DNA of 64,000 nt from Vicugna vicugna (lineage: Eukaryota). A program made the position numbers and the translations under genes. This document shows positions 28,276 through 42,051 of the stretch, piece after piece. A model generated the notes under the pieces. That model saw only the letters and a program-made list of their open reading frames with translations, was not told the DNA's origin and did not search any database. The number at the start of each line of letters is the position of its first letter. Within the stretch, counting starts at the first letter, position 1. The stretch covers positions 62,001-126,000 of the forward strand of contig MU058667.1 of assembly GCA_013265495.1 (NCBI GenBank), in the 5' to 3' direction.

Positions 28276-31200
28276 CGGGGGGCTTTCTACTCTCTTCTTG
28301 AGATCTTTCTGTCCAACACTTACCACTCTTACCCAGGGGTTTAATGACAGGGACCAATTTTTGTGTGTATTTATATCCTTCCATTTCAGCCAAGTCTGGC
28401 ACATGGCAGAGACTGGCTACAAGTTGGAAGGACCTTTGTACCACTCATGTGGTGCTCATATTATGTCCTGTATTTTTAGTTTTCTTATATTACCAACTCC
28501 ACCTGGCCGAAGGCAAGAATGGAATCACTTGTTTTTTGGGTATTTGGCTCTGTGCCTAGAACTGGTTGGGCACATAGAAGCTGTGTTGTCTCCAGCCATC
28601 ATCATACTCTTCCAGGGAAGGAGACTGTGTTAGCCCCTTAAAGAAATGAAGAAAATGAGGCTAGAACCAAAGTGATTGTTAGATGTGAACGACCAATCAA
28701 ACAGTGGGCCAAAAGAGGCCTTTCAAAGATAGAGGCTAGGGTTATTTCCCCAGAAAAGCTTCCGAGCTGAAAATGTACATACTTAGCAGTAGGGTTGAAT
28801 CTTCTGTATGCCTGTGCTGAGGCATGCATGAGACCATTGTCCTCCAGAGATGAATAAATGATTAGATGAATGAATCAAATGAATAGATGATTCTCACCCT
28901 GTAGCAACTCATAGGGGGAGACAAAGAATAAACAGACAACTGTAACTCGATGTGATAAGTGCACACAGAGAGAATTGTGGGTAAATCAAAGGTAGAGGTA
29001 GATGAGTTTGGAGGGCTGCTTAAAGGGAGATGCACTGCCGAATTCTGAGCTACTTGACAAAGCAGAGCTATGTGCACTTGGCACTTCTAGGGTACTTGCA
29101 GGGAGGAGAGTGGGGCTTGCTTTGTGCTAAAGATATGTGTACCTGGCTTATTAAACAGTGGACTCCATAGGGTCAAAGAGCAGGATCTCTCTGCATAGAG
29201 CCTGGCACACAGCAGGAACCCATTAGTGTTGGGTCAATCAATACTATTATCAAATCAATAACAAGTGAGTCGTACAGAACCTTTACTCTGTGCCAGATAC
29301 TGTATTACATGCTTTATATGCATTATCTTATTTATTTTGCTTAAGAACATTGATGTTCTGAGAGGTTAAGCAGTGTGTCCGAGATCACACAGTAAGTGAC
29401 ATAAGAGGACTCATGCATATCTGCCTGGCCCAAACGTCTGTGAGCACGCTAACTGCTCTCACAGAGGAAGTTGCTCGACACTCAGCCTAATCCACAGTTA
29501 AAGATGACCCTTTTGTGGTCTGGACCTCTTATTTCTAGAGCCCTGGCAGCCCTGCCTCAGCCTGCTTGAGGCGACTGTCTCCTTTGAGAGCACTTGAAAA
29601 AGCCCCTTGCCCGTCAGAAGCTTTGCCTGTCAACAGCTTTTCTTTCCCGGCATGGAACTCATCGCAGGTATTTTCCAAAAAAGAGAGCCAGGGGAATCAC
29701 ATTTCAGTCTGAATGTGGAAAGAAAACAAAGACCATGACTTAGAGCTAAATCTGAATGGCCTGGAGCCCCTCAGCCTCCCTCTCGCAGAGTGGTTTACAC
29801 AGTCACCAATCTGCTCCCGGTGACAGGCATGGCATATTTGTCTTTGTTGCAGAAAACACTTCCCCAAGGGAGTTGCAGGCAGAGGGCTAGCCACTCTGTG
29901 ACGTGTAGAGCACTTAGGAGATGTTAGGGGTAGAAGACAGGGACATGGGAATAGACCTCCCATTAACCTGGAGTGTAGGCCATGGCTCCCTAGTGACTCT
30001 GGCCTGAGAGCCTGGGCAGCTTCCTCCATCCACTCTCTGAGTAATAAAGAGGCAGCCACTTTGGAGCGGCAACAAACATGACTTCAGCCAGCAAGCTGTT
30101 GGGCAGTTGGAGGGCTCTCCATTTGCATCTGATGAGAGGCTGAGTTCTAATTAACTCCTGTGATGTGTTAATTTTTCAACCTGACATTTTCTGCTCTAAC
30201 AGATTCTTGTAATGGTTCCTAAATTAAAGGCTGCATTTGAAGACTAACGTTTAGGTTAAAATCCACCACCTGAGGGGGCGGCTGGGGGGAGCCCATAAAC
30301 ATCCTTTCCCTCCTAAGGAAAACCTCTCATTTGCAGTTCTTTGCTAACCCAATTAAGTGCTGAAGTAGTCACCCTGAAGCCTGCTTTTTATTTCCTGTGA
30401 AACAATCCAACTAATCCATATTCAGCCGCTTCCAAGAAAAGTCTTATTCCAACCACTCATGAAGAAACCAGCTTCTTTGAATCTGGACAGAACATTTAAA
30501 ACTCACAAAGAGCTGTCTTGATAGAAAATGCAAGAAAGTGGCTCATTATTACACTGTTCAGTGTTTTGAGGGGAAAATTCACTGGGACTAAAACCTCATC
30601 ATGGTTGGGAATTTACCACGGGACAGCAGAAGCGTGGGGAGAAGCCATGACCCCAACCCATCGGTGTATAGACTATAGATAGTCTGGGTGCTGCATCTTC
30701 CCCTGCACCCGAACTAGTTCTAGAACAAGAACATGTGTCCTGAGTGAAGCGGAGAGGAACTCTAATCTTGCCAGACCACCAGAAGCCAGGAGGGAAACTC
30801 CCAGACCATCTGCTGCAGAACTCAACAAAGAATCTGAGACCCACTGGAGGGAGATGACTTATCCGAGACGGGGCTAAAACTAGGTATCCTCTACCCTGCC
30901 TCCAGGACTCTTCCCCCCGCCTCACACCGTCTTCCTGCCACCTCCTTGCTGAGAAGCCAGGATTGCTATAGGAACCAGGTTCCAGGCAAACGGCAGCAGA
31001 CCCGTTTCTCAGACCAGAGGCTTCAGACTGCATATGCAGGGAGGTAGGTCATAGATGGCTCTGCAGACCAGGCCCTTTCTCATTCTCAGTAACACTGCCG
31101 CACATGACCCCTCATGCGTTGAGAACAACTAGACTTGCCCCACCTGCCTGCCCTTCAGAGCGGCCAGTCAGTCCTCTACCTCAGCCAACCCATTTCTCCT

Positions 31201-32147
31201 TCCTCCTTGTCCATACACTGTTTCAGAAATGCCATATTGAACGACTTCCTCATTTCTGCTTTTGTGACTGTTCAAGCCTCCCCTGAGGGGCGAGCCGAAG
31301 CACCTGGCTATGAAGTCTGAATTACAGCATCCTCACAAGGCCAGAGTGATGGGAGTGGCTCAAAGAATGTCAGGACTGGAAGATGCCTTAGAGACCAAGG
31401 AGTCTACCTCATCATCCTATTTGCAGATAAATGTGGATACAGAGAAAAAAGTACATGTCCATTGACTGTCCACTGTGATGCTGCTCACTGGACACAGAGA
31501 GGGGCTAGAACCAAGGCTTTCTGGCTTTATGGTTCAGTACCTCCTACATCGTGCTGAAGCCTTGGCACTTAGAACACGCGGGGGGGGGGGACACACTGAG
31601 CCCCCTGGACAGGGTGTTGACTAAATGACAATATCTTCCAGCAAGGAAATCAGAAAATTATGTTTCCTTCTTAGAATTAAGCCCCACCGTAGTAACTCTC
31701 TACAGGGAAAACAAAAGCAATAACAAAATTTCTTTATCATCCCAGGGCTTTTGTGAGAGTCAGACATACATATATGAAGGTTCTTACCATTGGGCTTGGA
31801 GGATTCTGTTAGCTTTTCTTTGTCATCGCATTGAGTTAAAACTTGCCTGTATTGTTTTACTTAAATTCAAGAATTCTTCACTCCTCATTCCAGAGGTGAA
31901 TTTTCTGTGTCTTTTGGTAAGCGTGATGCTACAGTGAAGTTCCAAGGGCTTCTGACAGGCAAGGGGCTTGGATATGGTGAAGTCCCAGGGGTCCACAGAC
32001 AGACCTGCGAACAGAGCAAACAAATTAGAGCCAGAGAAATCTGACTGGAAATTTTAACTTGACAGTTGACTAGCTGTGTGATGCTCAATCAACTCAATCT
32101 TTCTGAGCCTCAGTGTCCACATCTTTAAAATGGGATAATAGAAATTA

Positions 32148-33290
32148 TGGCAGACACTGTAGGTTGTTTAGCCAGTAGCCTCCCCCCACCCTTACTTGTC
32201 ACATTCAAACCTTTTTTCCTTTCTAACAACAACATAGTACAACAAGCTGGCAAGTGCTTCAGAGGAAGACGAGCTCTTTCCTAGTTCTAGGGCATGGAAG
32301 TAAATCTCTCCCCTTGCAAATGATTGGCTTAGGGATGGCACAATTCTAACCAAAGAGATCAAAGTACAAATGGGAAATAGGTGTGGAGGGCTCATCTCTG
32401 GGATGGTTTTCCTAACTTTTAGAAAGGATACAGAAAAAGATCTGCCTCTTCTTCCTCAAGTTTTTGGATGTTGTGTGAGGATGTGATGACTGGAACTGTT
32501 GCTGCCATTTGGCTACCAAAAGGAGTGCAGGCCAAATGCTAAAGATGAATAAGTGGTTAATTTTATGTGCCCACTTGGCTGGACCACATGTGCATATATT
32601 TGGTTAAACATTATTCTGGGTGTTTCTGTGAGGATATTTTTGGATGAGTTTAACATTTAAATCAATAGACTGAGTAAAGCAGGTGGCCCTTTCTAATGTG
32701 GGTGGGCCTCATCCAATCAGTTGAAGGCCTAAATAGAAAAAAAAAAAAAAAGATTGATCCTCACCTGAAACAAAGGAATTCCTCCTGCCTTACTGCCTTT
32801 GATCTGCAACTTTGGTGGTGTTTTCCTGCTTTCAGTCTCGAACTGAACTATCAGCTTTTCCTGGGTCTTGAGACTGCTAGACTTCAGATTGTGACTACAC
32901 CATCAGCTCTTCTGGGTCTCTAGCTTGCCAATTCACCCTGCAGACCTCCATGCACAATTTGTTGCCTAATATATATTCCCTTGCCATATATATATATACA
33001 TATATATACACACACACACACACATTCTATTGGCTTTGTTTTTCTGAAGAGCCCTCATACAATGAGAGAGCAGGAAGATGGAAAGAATCTGGGTTCTTAG
33101 AGATATGATTGAGCTACTGAATGAATCCATCACAGTAGTTCCTATGATTGAATTAATCCACTGCAGTAGTCCTAATTGCTAATTAATCAACCCCAGTGGT
33201 CCTTAAGTGAGATGATACATTTCCCTTCTTGTTTAAGCCACTTTGAGTTAGATTTCTTCCTAATTTCTTGCACCTGAAGGCACTATAACT
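32148..33290 (+). mobile_element. Old MLT1-type LTR interrupted by an MLT2 LTR
   Basis: TGGCAGACACTGTAGGTTG...TGATTGGCTTAGGGATGG...GCTGCCAT ... GATGGAAAGAATCTGGGTTCTT...TTGTTTAAGCCACTTTGAGTT. Confidence 0.7.
32553..33060 (+). mobile_element. MLT2 (ERVL) solo LTR
   Basis: GGTTAATTTTATGTGCCCACTTGGCTGG...GTGGGTGGGCCTCATCCAATCAGTTGAAGGCCT with an internal (TA)/(CA) tract. Confidence 0.85.
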
Positions 33291-35739
33291 GCTCCAGCAA
33301 TCAAACCAGTGGGATTATTGTGGAAAGTTAATGGTGGTTAGTAAACATTTGTTCTCTTCTCATCACGTAAATTTTAGTGCAAGACTCTCTTCTTAATAAT
33401 GATAATCCCTTAAGCGGTATAGTCTTTTGTCATAGAATGCTTCCATAGGCATTCTCTTACTAGACTGTGAATTTCTTGAACACTTAGATCACATTTACTC
33501 TGTCTTTAGCTCTAGTTCCTAGCACAGGTGTTGAATGTTTCTTAGGCTATATCTTTTAATGAGTTTGTTCTTCAATGACACTGATGCTCACTTGGAAGTA
33601 ATTACCTAGGAACTGGGCAAAGTGAACTGATGCAACTCTAGATGTATGCCTCATAGTATAGTCGTTGGTTATGGAACAGCTCAGTTTGGTTCTTTGATTG
33701 GCAAGCCTTATGTTAAGGTGCTTAAATATTAACTGCTGTTATCTAAGGCCTATGATATATTGAAGGCATCATTGACTTTATAACCCATCATGTGAACATT
33801 CCCTGACTGTTAGGATTTCCACCAAGGGCAGAATTAAGTTGCTTGGAAGGGCTTAGGTAACCCAGGGCTCTAGGAAGAGCAGTAGAAAATGCTAGATGTG
33901 ATCCTAAAAGATAAACAGGAGTTTTAAGGTTAGATAACCATCACCTAGTTGCCTCTGTCTGCTGGAGGATGTGTTCCTCTATACACCACAGACCATAAAC
34001 ATGAGAGGGAGGGAGAAGGAGAGGCCCTGTGAGAGATGATTTTGGGTCTGTGCTGGGGGAATGGGGTGTGGAATGGAATAAGGTTATCAAGGGAAAGGAA
34101 ACCTTTGACTGTTAGTACCTCTGGGCTTCCAAGGGGAGGAGCCTCTCTAAGGAACATTCAAGTCTTCATCATGACTCCCATGGAGACTTCGTGAATGAAG
34201 GGGATCCCTGACCAAGAAAGCCTTCTTTTTGATCAGCAAGCCTGTGAGGGAGCGATTAATATTATTTCAACAGCTATTCTCTAATTTAACCTTCACCGTA
34301 TGTAGAATATAGAAGGTCAGGTGTATGGCTTGGGAATAGGCATCCTCCGTCAAGCACACTGAGCGATGGTATCAGTAATTTTTCAGACTTTACTTTGTGT
34401 GTTACTGATAGAGTAGACATCTGAACAAGGCACCCTATTTTGAGGTGACCCCTGCCAGCTAATGACTGTGGCCAAAAATGTCACTGTCAGGCTTTCTCTG
34501 TGAGGGCAGGGCATGGAGGTGGGAGAGCATGACCCTTAGGTCTTCTCTTTATGAGGTCTTCATGGTCCCTTCTGCCCACAAAAGGGACCTTAACCCTGAA
34601 CAAAGGGCATGAACAATGTCAGGGCTGCTTCTAGCCCATTTTCTGTGAGAATTAGTAAATTATCCCTTCTCGGTGGACACTGCCTGAGGGGTCCATGGCT
34701 TGGTGAGAGAAGGAAGGCTAGATTTTAGCCCTACTTGCCCACAGTGGGGTGCCTTTGGACACTATATACAATCTACTCAACCATATAGGATGACCCTCCA
34801 TTTTATGAGACCTTTCCCTTGGTCTTCTCCAAGTGAGGATCTTAGTCATCTGAGAGTTAATTAAAATAAATAAATAAAATAGCTTTGGTGGGGGGTCCCC
34901 TGTAAGGCCCTAAGTAAACAGTATCCCTTTTTCCTACTTGGTTCAAAACAAGTTGAATAAATGAATAAATAAGCTAAACATGTTACCTTTATTAGTGATA
35001 GAGGCCAGAATGACCAGCAGATGCTACAGGTTGGGTCTAGAAAAATAGCTGCCCTTTATTTGCCAGGTGCTGAACTGACACTGTATCTAAACTCCTCAGA
35101 ACTTTGGTAGATAAATATCATGGTCCCCGTTTTATAGACGAGGAAACTGAGTTCATAAGTTGGAGAATTCAAACCCAGGCCCGACCAGCTCCAGAGCTGC
35201 CCACTTCTTACTTGGCACTGCCGCTTCTGGAGAACCAGCTGGAACACCTACAACCAAAACCCAATTAAATCAAGCAACGGTTCTTCTGAGATTTCCAAAG
35301 TTGTCCTCTGGCAGAGTTTTTCCCTATTCCCAAAGCTCTTTTTTTGGCACCAGCCAAAAAGGCCTGGCTCGTCCAGCAGATAGAGAAATGTGTAAAGCCT
35401 CAAGTCCTCCAGATCCGCGTTATTTTTCATTGCCCCGGGGAGCACTAGGTCTAATGCCAGCACGGACGTACTATTTTGAAACTAAACGCATTTCTCAGAA
35501 AACTCAGGCATAGTGCCATTACAAGGATATATTTTATATCATCACCCGGATCTTTGGTCCCACAGCGCAGTATACTGCCGCTGTCCTTCAGGCTGGGCTT
35601 TGCTGCCTGTGGAGAAGCGCTGCTTTGTTCAGCATTGCTTCCCAAGCACGTTGGGAAAACCACATTCACAGACGCAAGGCGCTATTTTGATCTCATGGAT
35701 TTTATCATTACAAATATACATTTTTCCATGGGATAGTTC

Positions 35740-36200
35740 TAGCTTTAGGTCAGGTTCCTTAGAGGCAGAGCCTGAGATGAGTCTTGTTCAAGTGATTTAT
35801 TGAGTTTTTTCAAGGAGAAGGAGAATCAGAGAAACAGGATAGGGCAGGGGAAAAGGGCTAAACAAGAATTTGGCTCCAGCTGGAGTCTAGCTTCCGTGTG
35901 ATCCCATGGGGAGCTCTGGGGCGAAAGCTGCACCACAGGGTTAGGTTAGGAGGGCTGGCCCTTTGTACCCCCATGACAGTCACTTACTGGCCACTGGCCT
36001 TAGAGGCCACGTGTCTGTGCGCCTGTCCACGTAGCCTCCTGGTCAAGGTGGCTCCTGTTTGCTCAAGGTGGCTCCTCTTAGCCAAGGGCAGTACTCCAGA
36101 GAAAGGAGTAGTTTTGAATTGTATCAGCCAACTTTCCCAGCAGCTCAGGGAAACGGCCTGGGTGCACTGGCTGGTAAAAGGGATCTGGGCAGGGCACCAA
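35740..36200 (-). mobile_element. ERVL-type LTR (LTR16/LTR33-like)
   Basis: TTAGGTCAGGTTCCTTAGAGGCAGAGCCTGAGATGAG...AAGTGATTTATTGAG end motif. Confidence 0.6.
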
Positions 36201-37970
36201 CACCAATTCTGAATCCCAAGACACAAAAATCATTTGAATCTGAGTATTGCTTCATTAATCTCTGTGTTCCCAGAGACGATGCGTCAATATTCCTTTGTAC
36301 ACATGTAACTGGCGAATAAACCAAGGCAAAAATCAATAGCAAAATTGTCCTGCACTTCTAAGTAGCTGTGATTAAAGATACTGTTCAAGCAACAGTCACC
36401 CTATTTCAACATTCAGCCAGCCTGCTGAAATACAAAACTGTGACAGTAACAGCATAAATTCCATTTTATATTCATTTTCATGATCAACAATAGTACAGAT
36501 GGTTTGATCTTACAGTATGACCAATAGGTGGCACCAGAAGCACCCACACTTATTTCAACTAATTTATGCGTTTTGTATATATTTGCTAAAATGTCAATTC
36601 CTCTCTACTTAGATTTTTCATGTTAAAAAAGGCACTTATAGCATGAAATCCAAACCAAAATTTTGTAACTTACATTTTCCATTTGCTATTTGACCTCTTC
36701 CTTGTAAGGTTATTTGAATGTGAAAAAAAAAGGGGGTGATAGGGCCAGTGAATTCAGAAAGAAAACATCTATTCATTAGCAAAAGGAAGGAAAAAAGACT
36801 GGAGTCCTGCATCCTTTTCCTTCAAGGTCTCTTGAGTGTATAAATGCCGAAGATTATTAGGAAATATTTGAATAACAGGATAAAAAAGTCAAGGATACTG
36901 CCTCCAAAACATGAACTTTATTCCCCACTGAAAACAGACTTGGATGGCAACCAAGTTGTTCAAGGATTGCCCTGGCCAGTATCTGACCACAGGGCTCCAC
37001 TCTGGGAAAGGTCTTTGAGTCCAGCATTCACCATTTTCAAATTTGTTTCTTTTGAAGTTTGTACTTTATTGTTGGTGAGGGGAAGTAAAGAGGTGGGGTG
37101 GGGGGCGGTGTGCTGCATCTTCAAATTTTTTTTCCCCAGCAATCCAGCATTGCACTTTTTTCCTCTGTCAGGCTATTCCAAGGAGCAGAATGACTTAGTG
37201 GAAAAAAGCACTGAACTGAGAATTAACCCAAGATACACTGAACTGAGGAGAAGGAGGCCACTTTTATTATGTGATTCTTCAACTATGTTAAAAATGGGGG
37301 TACTGAGCCTCAGAAAGGTCACTCAGGTCTAGCCAGGACCTCCATCCAGTTTCTCTGACCCCATGGCCGAGTTAAATCTAGATGTGCCATGAACTCACCG
37401 TGCAAATCTGGACATTTCACTGGACTGGGCTTATAGCTTCATCTGTAACATAAGAGGCTGGGCTGTGTGGCCCTGACACATCTTCCAGCTAGAAACCTCC
37501 AGATTCTGGATAGTACGTGTAGAGTGCAGTGTCTTGTGACAGATCGGGCCTGGAGGTGTGGTTTGGCACCACAGTCCGTAGGAAGGGAGGGTAAATCTCA
37601 CTTTGATAGTGTTCCAAAGTGGAAGGTGACACGGCTATTACACAATGCGTTCAACAGTCTGGTTCTTGTACTTGGGGGGAAAAGTAAATATCAGGTCCTG
37701 ATTAGCCTTTCCTATACCTGTCGTCAGCTTATTATACTGTAAACATTGTGCCTCTGGGAGCTTTCCTTTGCAAATGAAATGATCCCAGGGTTTGGAATTC
37801 CTTTTCATGCCATGCTCTTCTGCCATGCATGCCACAAATTATTTTCATTGCCCTTCTCTGAACTTTTACTATTTTTGCTCTGCCTTTTTGACAGCAAGGC
37901 TGATTAAAGGGAGTTTTTGTTTTGTTTTGTTTTGTTTGCTTTTTTACTTAAAAGAGGCAGCAGGACTCTT

Positions 37971-38422
37971 TTTTAAAATTGAAGTATAGTCAATTTACAG
38001 TGTTGTGTTAGTTTCTGGAGTACAGCCTAGTGATTCAGTTGTGTATATATGTATATATATATATATATATTCATTTTCATATTCTTTTTCTTTATAGGGT
38101 CTTACAAGGTATTCAGTATAGTTTCCTGTGCTATACAGTAGGACCTTGTTGTTTATCTATGTAATATATAGTAGTTACTATCTGCAAATCCCAAACCCTC
38201 AATTTATTCCTCTCCACGTCCTCTCCCTGCTGGTAACTGTAAGTTTGTTTTCTGTGTCTGTGAGTCTTTCTGTTCATTTGTATCTTTTTTTTAGATTTCA
38301 CATATAAGTGATATCATATGCTATTTGTCTTTATTTTGTTGACTTACTTAGTATGACAGTCTCCAAGTCCATCCACGGTGCTGCAAATGGCATTTTTATT
38401 TTTTATGGCTGAGTAGTATTCC

Positions 38423-38517
<95 letters not shown>

Positions 38518-38967
38518 GTCTTCTTTATCCAATCATCTGTCAGTGGACATTTAGGTTGCTTCCATGTCTTGGCTATTGTAAATAGTGCTGCTATGAATAT
38601 TGGGGTACATATATCTTTTTGAATTAAAGAGTTTCCTCCAGATACATGCCCAGGAGAGGGATTGCTGGATCATATGGTAAATCTATTTCCAATTTTTTAA
38701 GGAATCTCCATACTGTTTTCCATAACGGCTGCACCAAACTACATTCTATCTAACAGTATAGGAGCGTTCCCTTTTCTCCACACCCTCTCCAGCATTTACT
38801 TTATGTGGGCTTTGAATGATGACCATTCTGACCGGTGTGAGGTGATACCTCATTGTAGTTTTGATTTGCATTTCTCTGATAATTAGTGATATTGAGCATT
38901 TTTTTCACATCCCTATTGGCCCATTGGGTGTCTTCACTGGAGAATTGCTTGTTTAGGTCTTCTGCCT
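37971..38967 (-). mobile_element. 5'-truncated LINE-1 (ORF2 3' end plus 3'UTR), relatively young
   Basis: L1 signatures (MEYYSAIK; GAGGTGATACCTCATTGTAGTTTTGATTTGCATTTCTCTGAT; TTGAAGTATAG tail). 17-bp TSD GAGGCAGCAGGACTCTT (37954-37970) / GAGGCCACAGGACTCTT (38968-38984), 15/17 identical. Confidence 0.92.
38425..38512. repeat. Long (TG)n microsatellite inside the L1
   Basis: About 88 bp of TG repeat with one interruption. Confidence 0.97.
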
Positions 38968-39627
38968 GAGGCCACAGGACTCTTGAATCATACATATAGA
39001 TTCCTTGCTCATTTAGATCTCCATAATGTGAATGGGAAAAGTCAGGAAAGAGGAAGAAAAGAAATTAACCTTCACTGAGTGCCACAATCTGTCAGGCTCT
39101 CTGCCAAATCCATTTGGTGTCTTATCTCTTTTCACCCTCTTGAGTGGGAGGCAGTGCGGTGTAGTGGTTACGTGCCCAGGTGCTCCAGTTGGACAGATGT
39201 GGCTTCTCATCCAGGACCTGGCCCTGCTTCACCATGTAACTCTAGGCAATCAACAACCTTTCTAAGCGTTGGTTTCCTCAGTGAGACGATGTACATGGAG
39301 TACCTAGTTATTAGCACAGAGTAAATAAATGCTCAGTGAGTATTAGCCAACATCTAGACGCAAAAACCGAGGTCCTAAGAAGTTAAGTGAAAGATTTTCA
39401 AACTCAATTTTGATCTGACACTGTGATGGATGGCTGTTCTTTCTTTACCCCAGTGCTCCTCTTCACTGGGGAAACCATCCCACCACCCATGATTTTGCTA
39501 GAACCGGCCCCTACCCTACCTGTCTCCAAGCTACTCGGGGCAAGGATCGGGGAGCAGGGGGCGGGGCACATGACTCAGATCGGGCCAATTAGAGTGTCCT
39601 ATCTTGTTTACCATGATTGGTATGGGG

Positions 39628-39928
39628 CAGGGTCAGCAACATTTTTCTGTACAGAACGGAGAGCGATATTTCAGGCTTTGTGAGATATAAAGTCTCTATA
39701 GCAGAAAACACAACCCATAAATGAATGGGTGTGGTGTGTCCAATGAAACTGAAATTTGTGGACACTGAAATTTGAATTTCATATAATTTCCAGGTGTTAC
39801 AAAGTATTATCCTCCTTTTGTTTGTTTGTGTTTTCAACCATTTAAAAATGACGAAACTATTCTTAGCTCACATACTGTCCAAAAGCAGGAGACAGGCTGG
39901 ATTTGGCTCGTGGGTTTGTGGACTCCTG
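39628..39928 (+). mobile_element. MER58B-like hAT-Charlie DNA transposon
   Basis: Degenerate TIRs CAGGGTCAGCAAC / GTTTGTGGACTCCTG; internal GGACACTGAAATTTGAATTTCATATAATTT. Confidence 0.8.
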
Positions 39929-40259
39929 GTCTAAGAGATGGGCATGTGACCCACACACAGCCAAAGTCCTGCCGTGAGACTGAATAATACGTGGACACTG
40001 GGAGGGAGTGTGTGCCTTGTCCCTTTGGATTGTGTCTCATGGCTTTCTTGCTTTCCACGTGGAGAAATCCTGACTGTGGCAGGAGAGAATGAGACCAACA
40101 GCACAAAGAATCAGAGCCAAGCAGAGCCAGCTAAGGGTGAAGAAAGAAACAGAGCCCTGAAAACTTCATTGGAGCCTCTAGATCTAGCCATGCCTGGCAG
40201 TTCCACGAGGCAGTGGATTCTTTTCCTTTTTTCCCCCAATCCAGTTTAAGTCAGGTTTT

Positions 40260-40402
40260 TTGTTGTCGTTTTGTTTTTGTTGTGGGGGGGATTAAGGTTA
40301 TCTGTTTATTTATTTTTTTAATGGAGGTACTGGGGATTGAACCCAGGACCTCTTGTATGCTAAGCACACACTCTGCCACTGAGCTGTACCCTCCCACCCA
40401 CC
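40260..40402 (-). mobile_element. tRNA-Ala(AGC)-derived SINE (camelid Vic-1-like)
   Basis: Minus strand GGGTACAGCTCAGTGGCAGAG...CTTAGCAT...GGTTCAATCCCCAGTACCTCCA (A and B boxes) with an A-rich/C-rich tail. TSD AGTCAGGTTTT at 40249-40259 and 40403-40413. Confidence 0.85.
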
Positions 40403-42051
40403 AGTCAGGTTTTGATCACCTATAGTGAACGGGTTCTGAGAGAGACTTATGGGTTTGTTTTCAGCACACTATGCAATACCACCTTACAAAATTATTATGA
40501 AAAATGGAAAACTAGCATGTATTGTGTACTTACCGTGCGCCAGGCAGTTTAGTAAGTTACTTTCACAGGTGATCTCTCATTTAGTTCTTGTAACAATCCT
40601 CTGAGGTGGGCATGATTTTCCTCATTTTACCTGGAGCACACACACACTTGACGCCAGGAGATTGCTTGCTCAGGTCCAGTGTTTGATGGCAGAATGGAGA
40701 AGCTTGAAGGGATTTTAGAGGGTTGGGGGAGTGGACTTCTCAGGTCCCTTTGCTCTCCCATGTCAACGCTCCAGCAAAGAATGATGGGAGAGTAAACTTT
40801 GTCAGAGCATGCTTAATCCCTTTTCTGGGAAAGAGAGCATGTACTGATCAGGAATCCTCACTGCTCCTTCTGGCCATGTGGGGCGGTGGGGAGTGGCGGT
40901 CCTGGAGTTCTCACCCAGCTGCCCGGCAGAGAGTGGATGAGCAGCTGAGGCGCTGGTGAACAGCCTGGGTTAATCCAGGCTGCAGTTTGCAAGTCCCTTG
41001 CAGGACCGATCCAGGATTTCCTTCAGAAGTATCACTTCACAGCAGCTGGCTGGCTTGACTTTGCCAACTGCTTGACCCCTGGCTGCACAGGAAGCTTCAG
41101 CAGGTAGAACTTGGCCAACCTGAGGAGCAGGCACCCCCTGAACTCCTTAGGACAGAACAGAAAGGTTTGCACAAACAAGGTTTGCATGATACAGGATGAG
41201 AAAGGAGCCAGGGAAAATAATCCTCCCCATCCATTAACCCTCACCGTGATAGGTCAGCCCTTTTGAGTTTTGACAAAGAACTACCATACTAATAGCTATG
41301 GTTACTTATTAGACAACTGCTGTATCTCATTCCATTTCTTATTAGAATAGCCACCATTGTCTATCAAATAATCGCTATGTGCCAGGTACTTTACTTAACA
41401 TCATTCTTAATCATTGCAGCAACCCTGCAAAGTAGACAATAAATATTGCCTCCTATTTTGTGGACAAGGTAACTGAGGTGACTAGAGGTCACGGTTTGAT
41501 GAACACGAGGCAGGAAGGGGAATTTGCACCTGGTCTGTCTCTATTTCCACCTCACTATCGTAGGGGGTGAAGGATTAAATGAGAAGGGAGGGGCAATACT
41601 TTTCGAGCCTCCAAGAGTTAGTTGCTCAGGACGGGTCAAGCCACCAGAAATAGAAATGGAACTTGAGGCTTGAATCCCTCCTCAGGCTCTGGGACTCTTT
41701 AAAGGCAGAGTTTTTTGTTATTTTGTATTTACCTGGTGTATCCTCAGCACCTAACTCATACTTCACCCTGAGCAGGAACACAAAGAATGTTTGTTGAATG
41801 AATGAGTGGGTGAGTCCAAGTGTCTGCTTCCTGTAAAACAAGAAAAGGCTGAGGGGACACTGACTTGATAAGGTCTTCTCTTTGTATTTGTTACTTTCAG
41901 GATCTCTTAAAAGTCATGAGATACAGGTGTCAAGTCAAGAGCCTAAATTTGGAGGCTGTGATGAATGACTTGGTAACTTCTTTTGTGACATCTGAGATGT
42001 TTCAACAAGAATTTATTACTACTAATGTGATTGAAAGGCTGTAAGTTTGCC

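Larger units (their letters stand above)
39423..40440 (+). mobile_element. MLT1-type LTR carrying nested MER58 and SINE insertions
   Basis: GGGCACATGACTCAGATCGGGCCAATTAGAG...TGATTGG[MER58]...GATGGGCATGTGACC...GAGCCTCTAGATCTAGCCATGCCTG...TTAAGTCAGGTTT. Confidence 0.65.

Noticed and set aside
33580..34900. Possible decayed retroelement-internal or pseudogene sequence
   Set aside because: Partial manual translation gave no recognisable motif; a BLASTX or Dfam search would be needed.
40322..40391. Apparent tRNA-Ala gene
   Set aside because: Has a SINE tail and TSD, mismatched stems and sibling copies in the window, so it is a SINE head rather than a tRNA gene.
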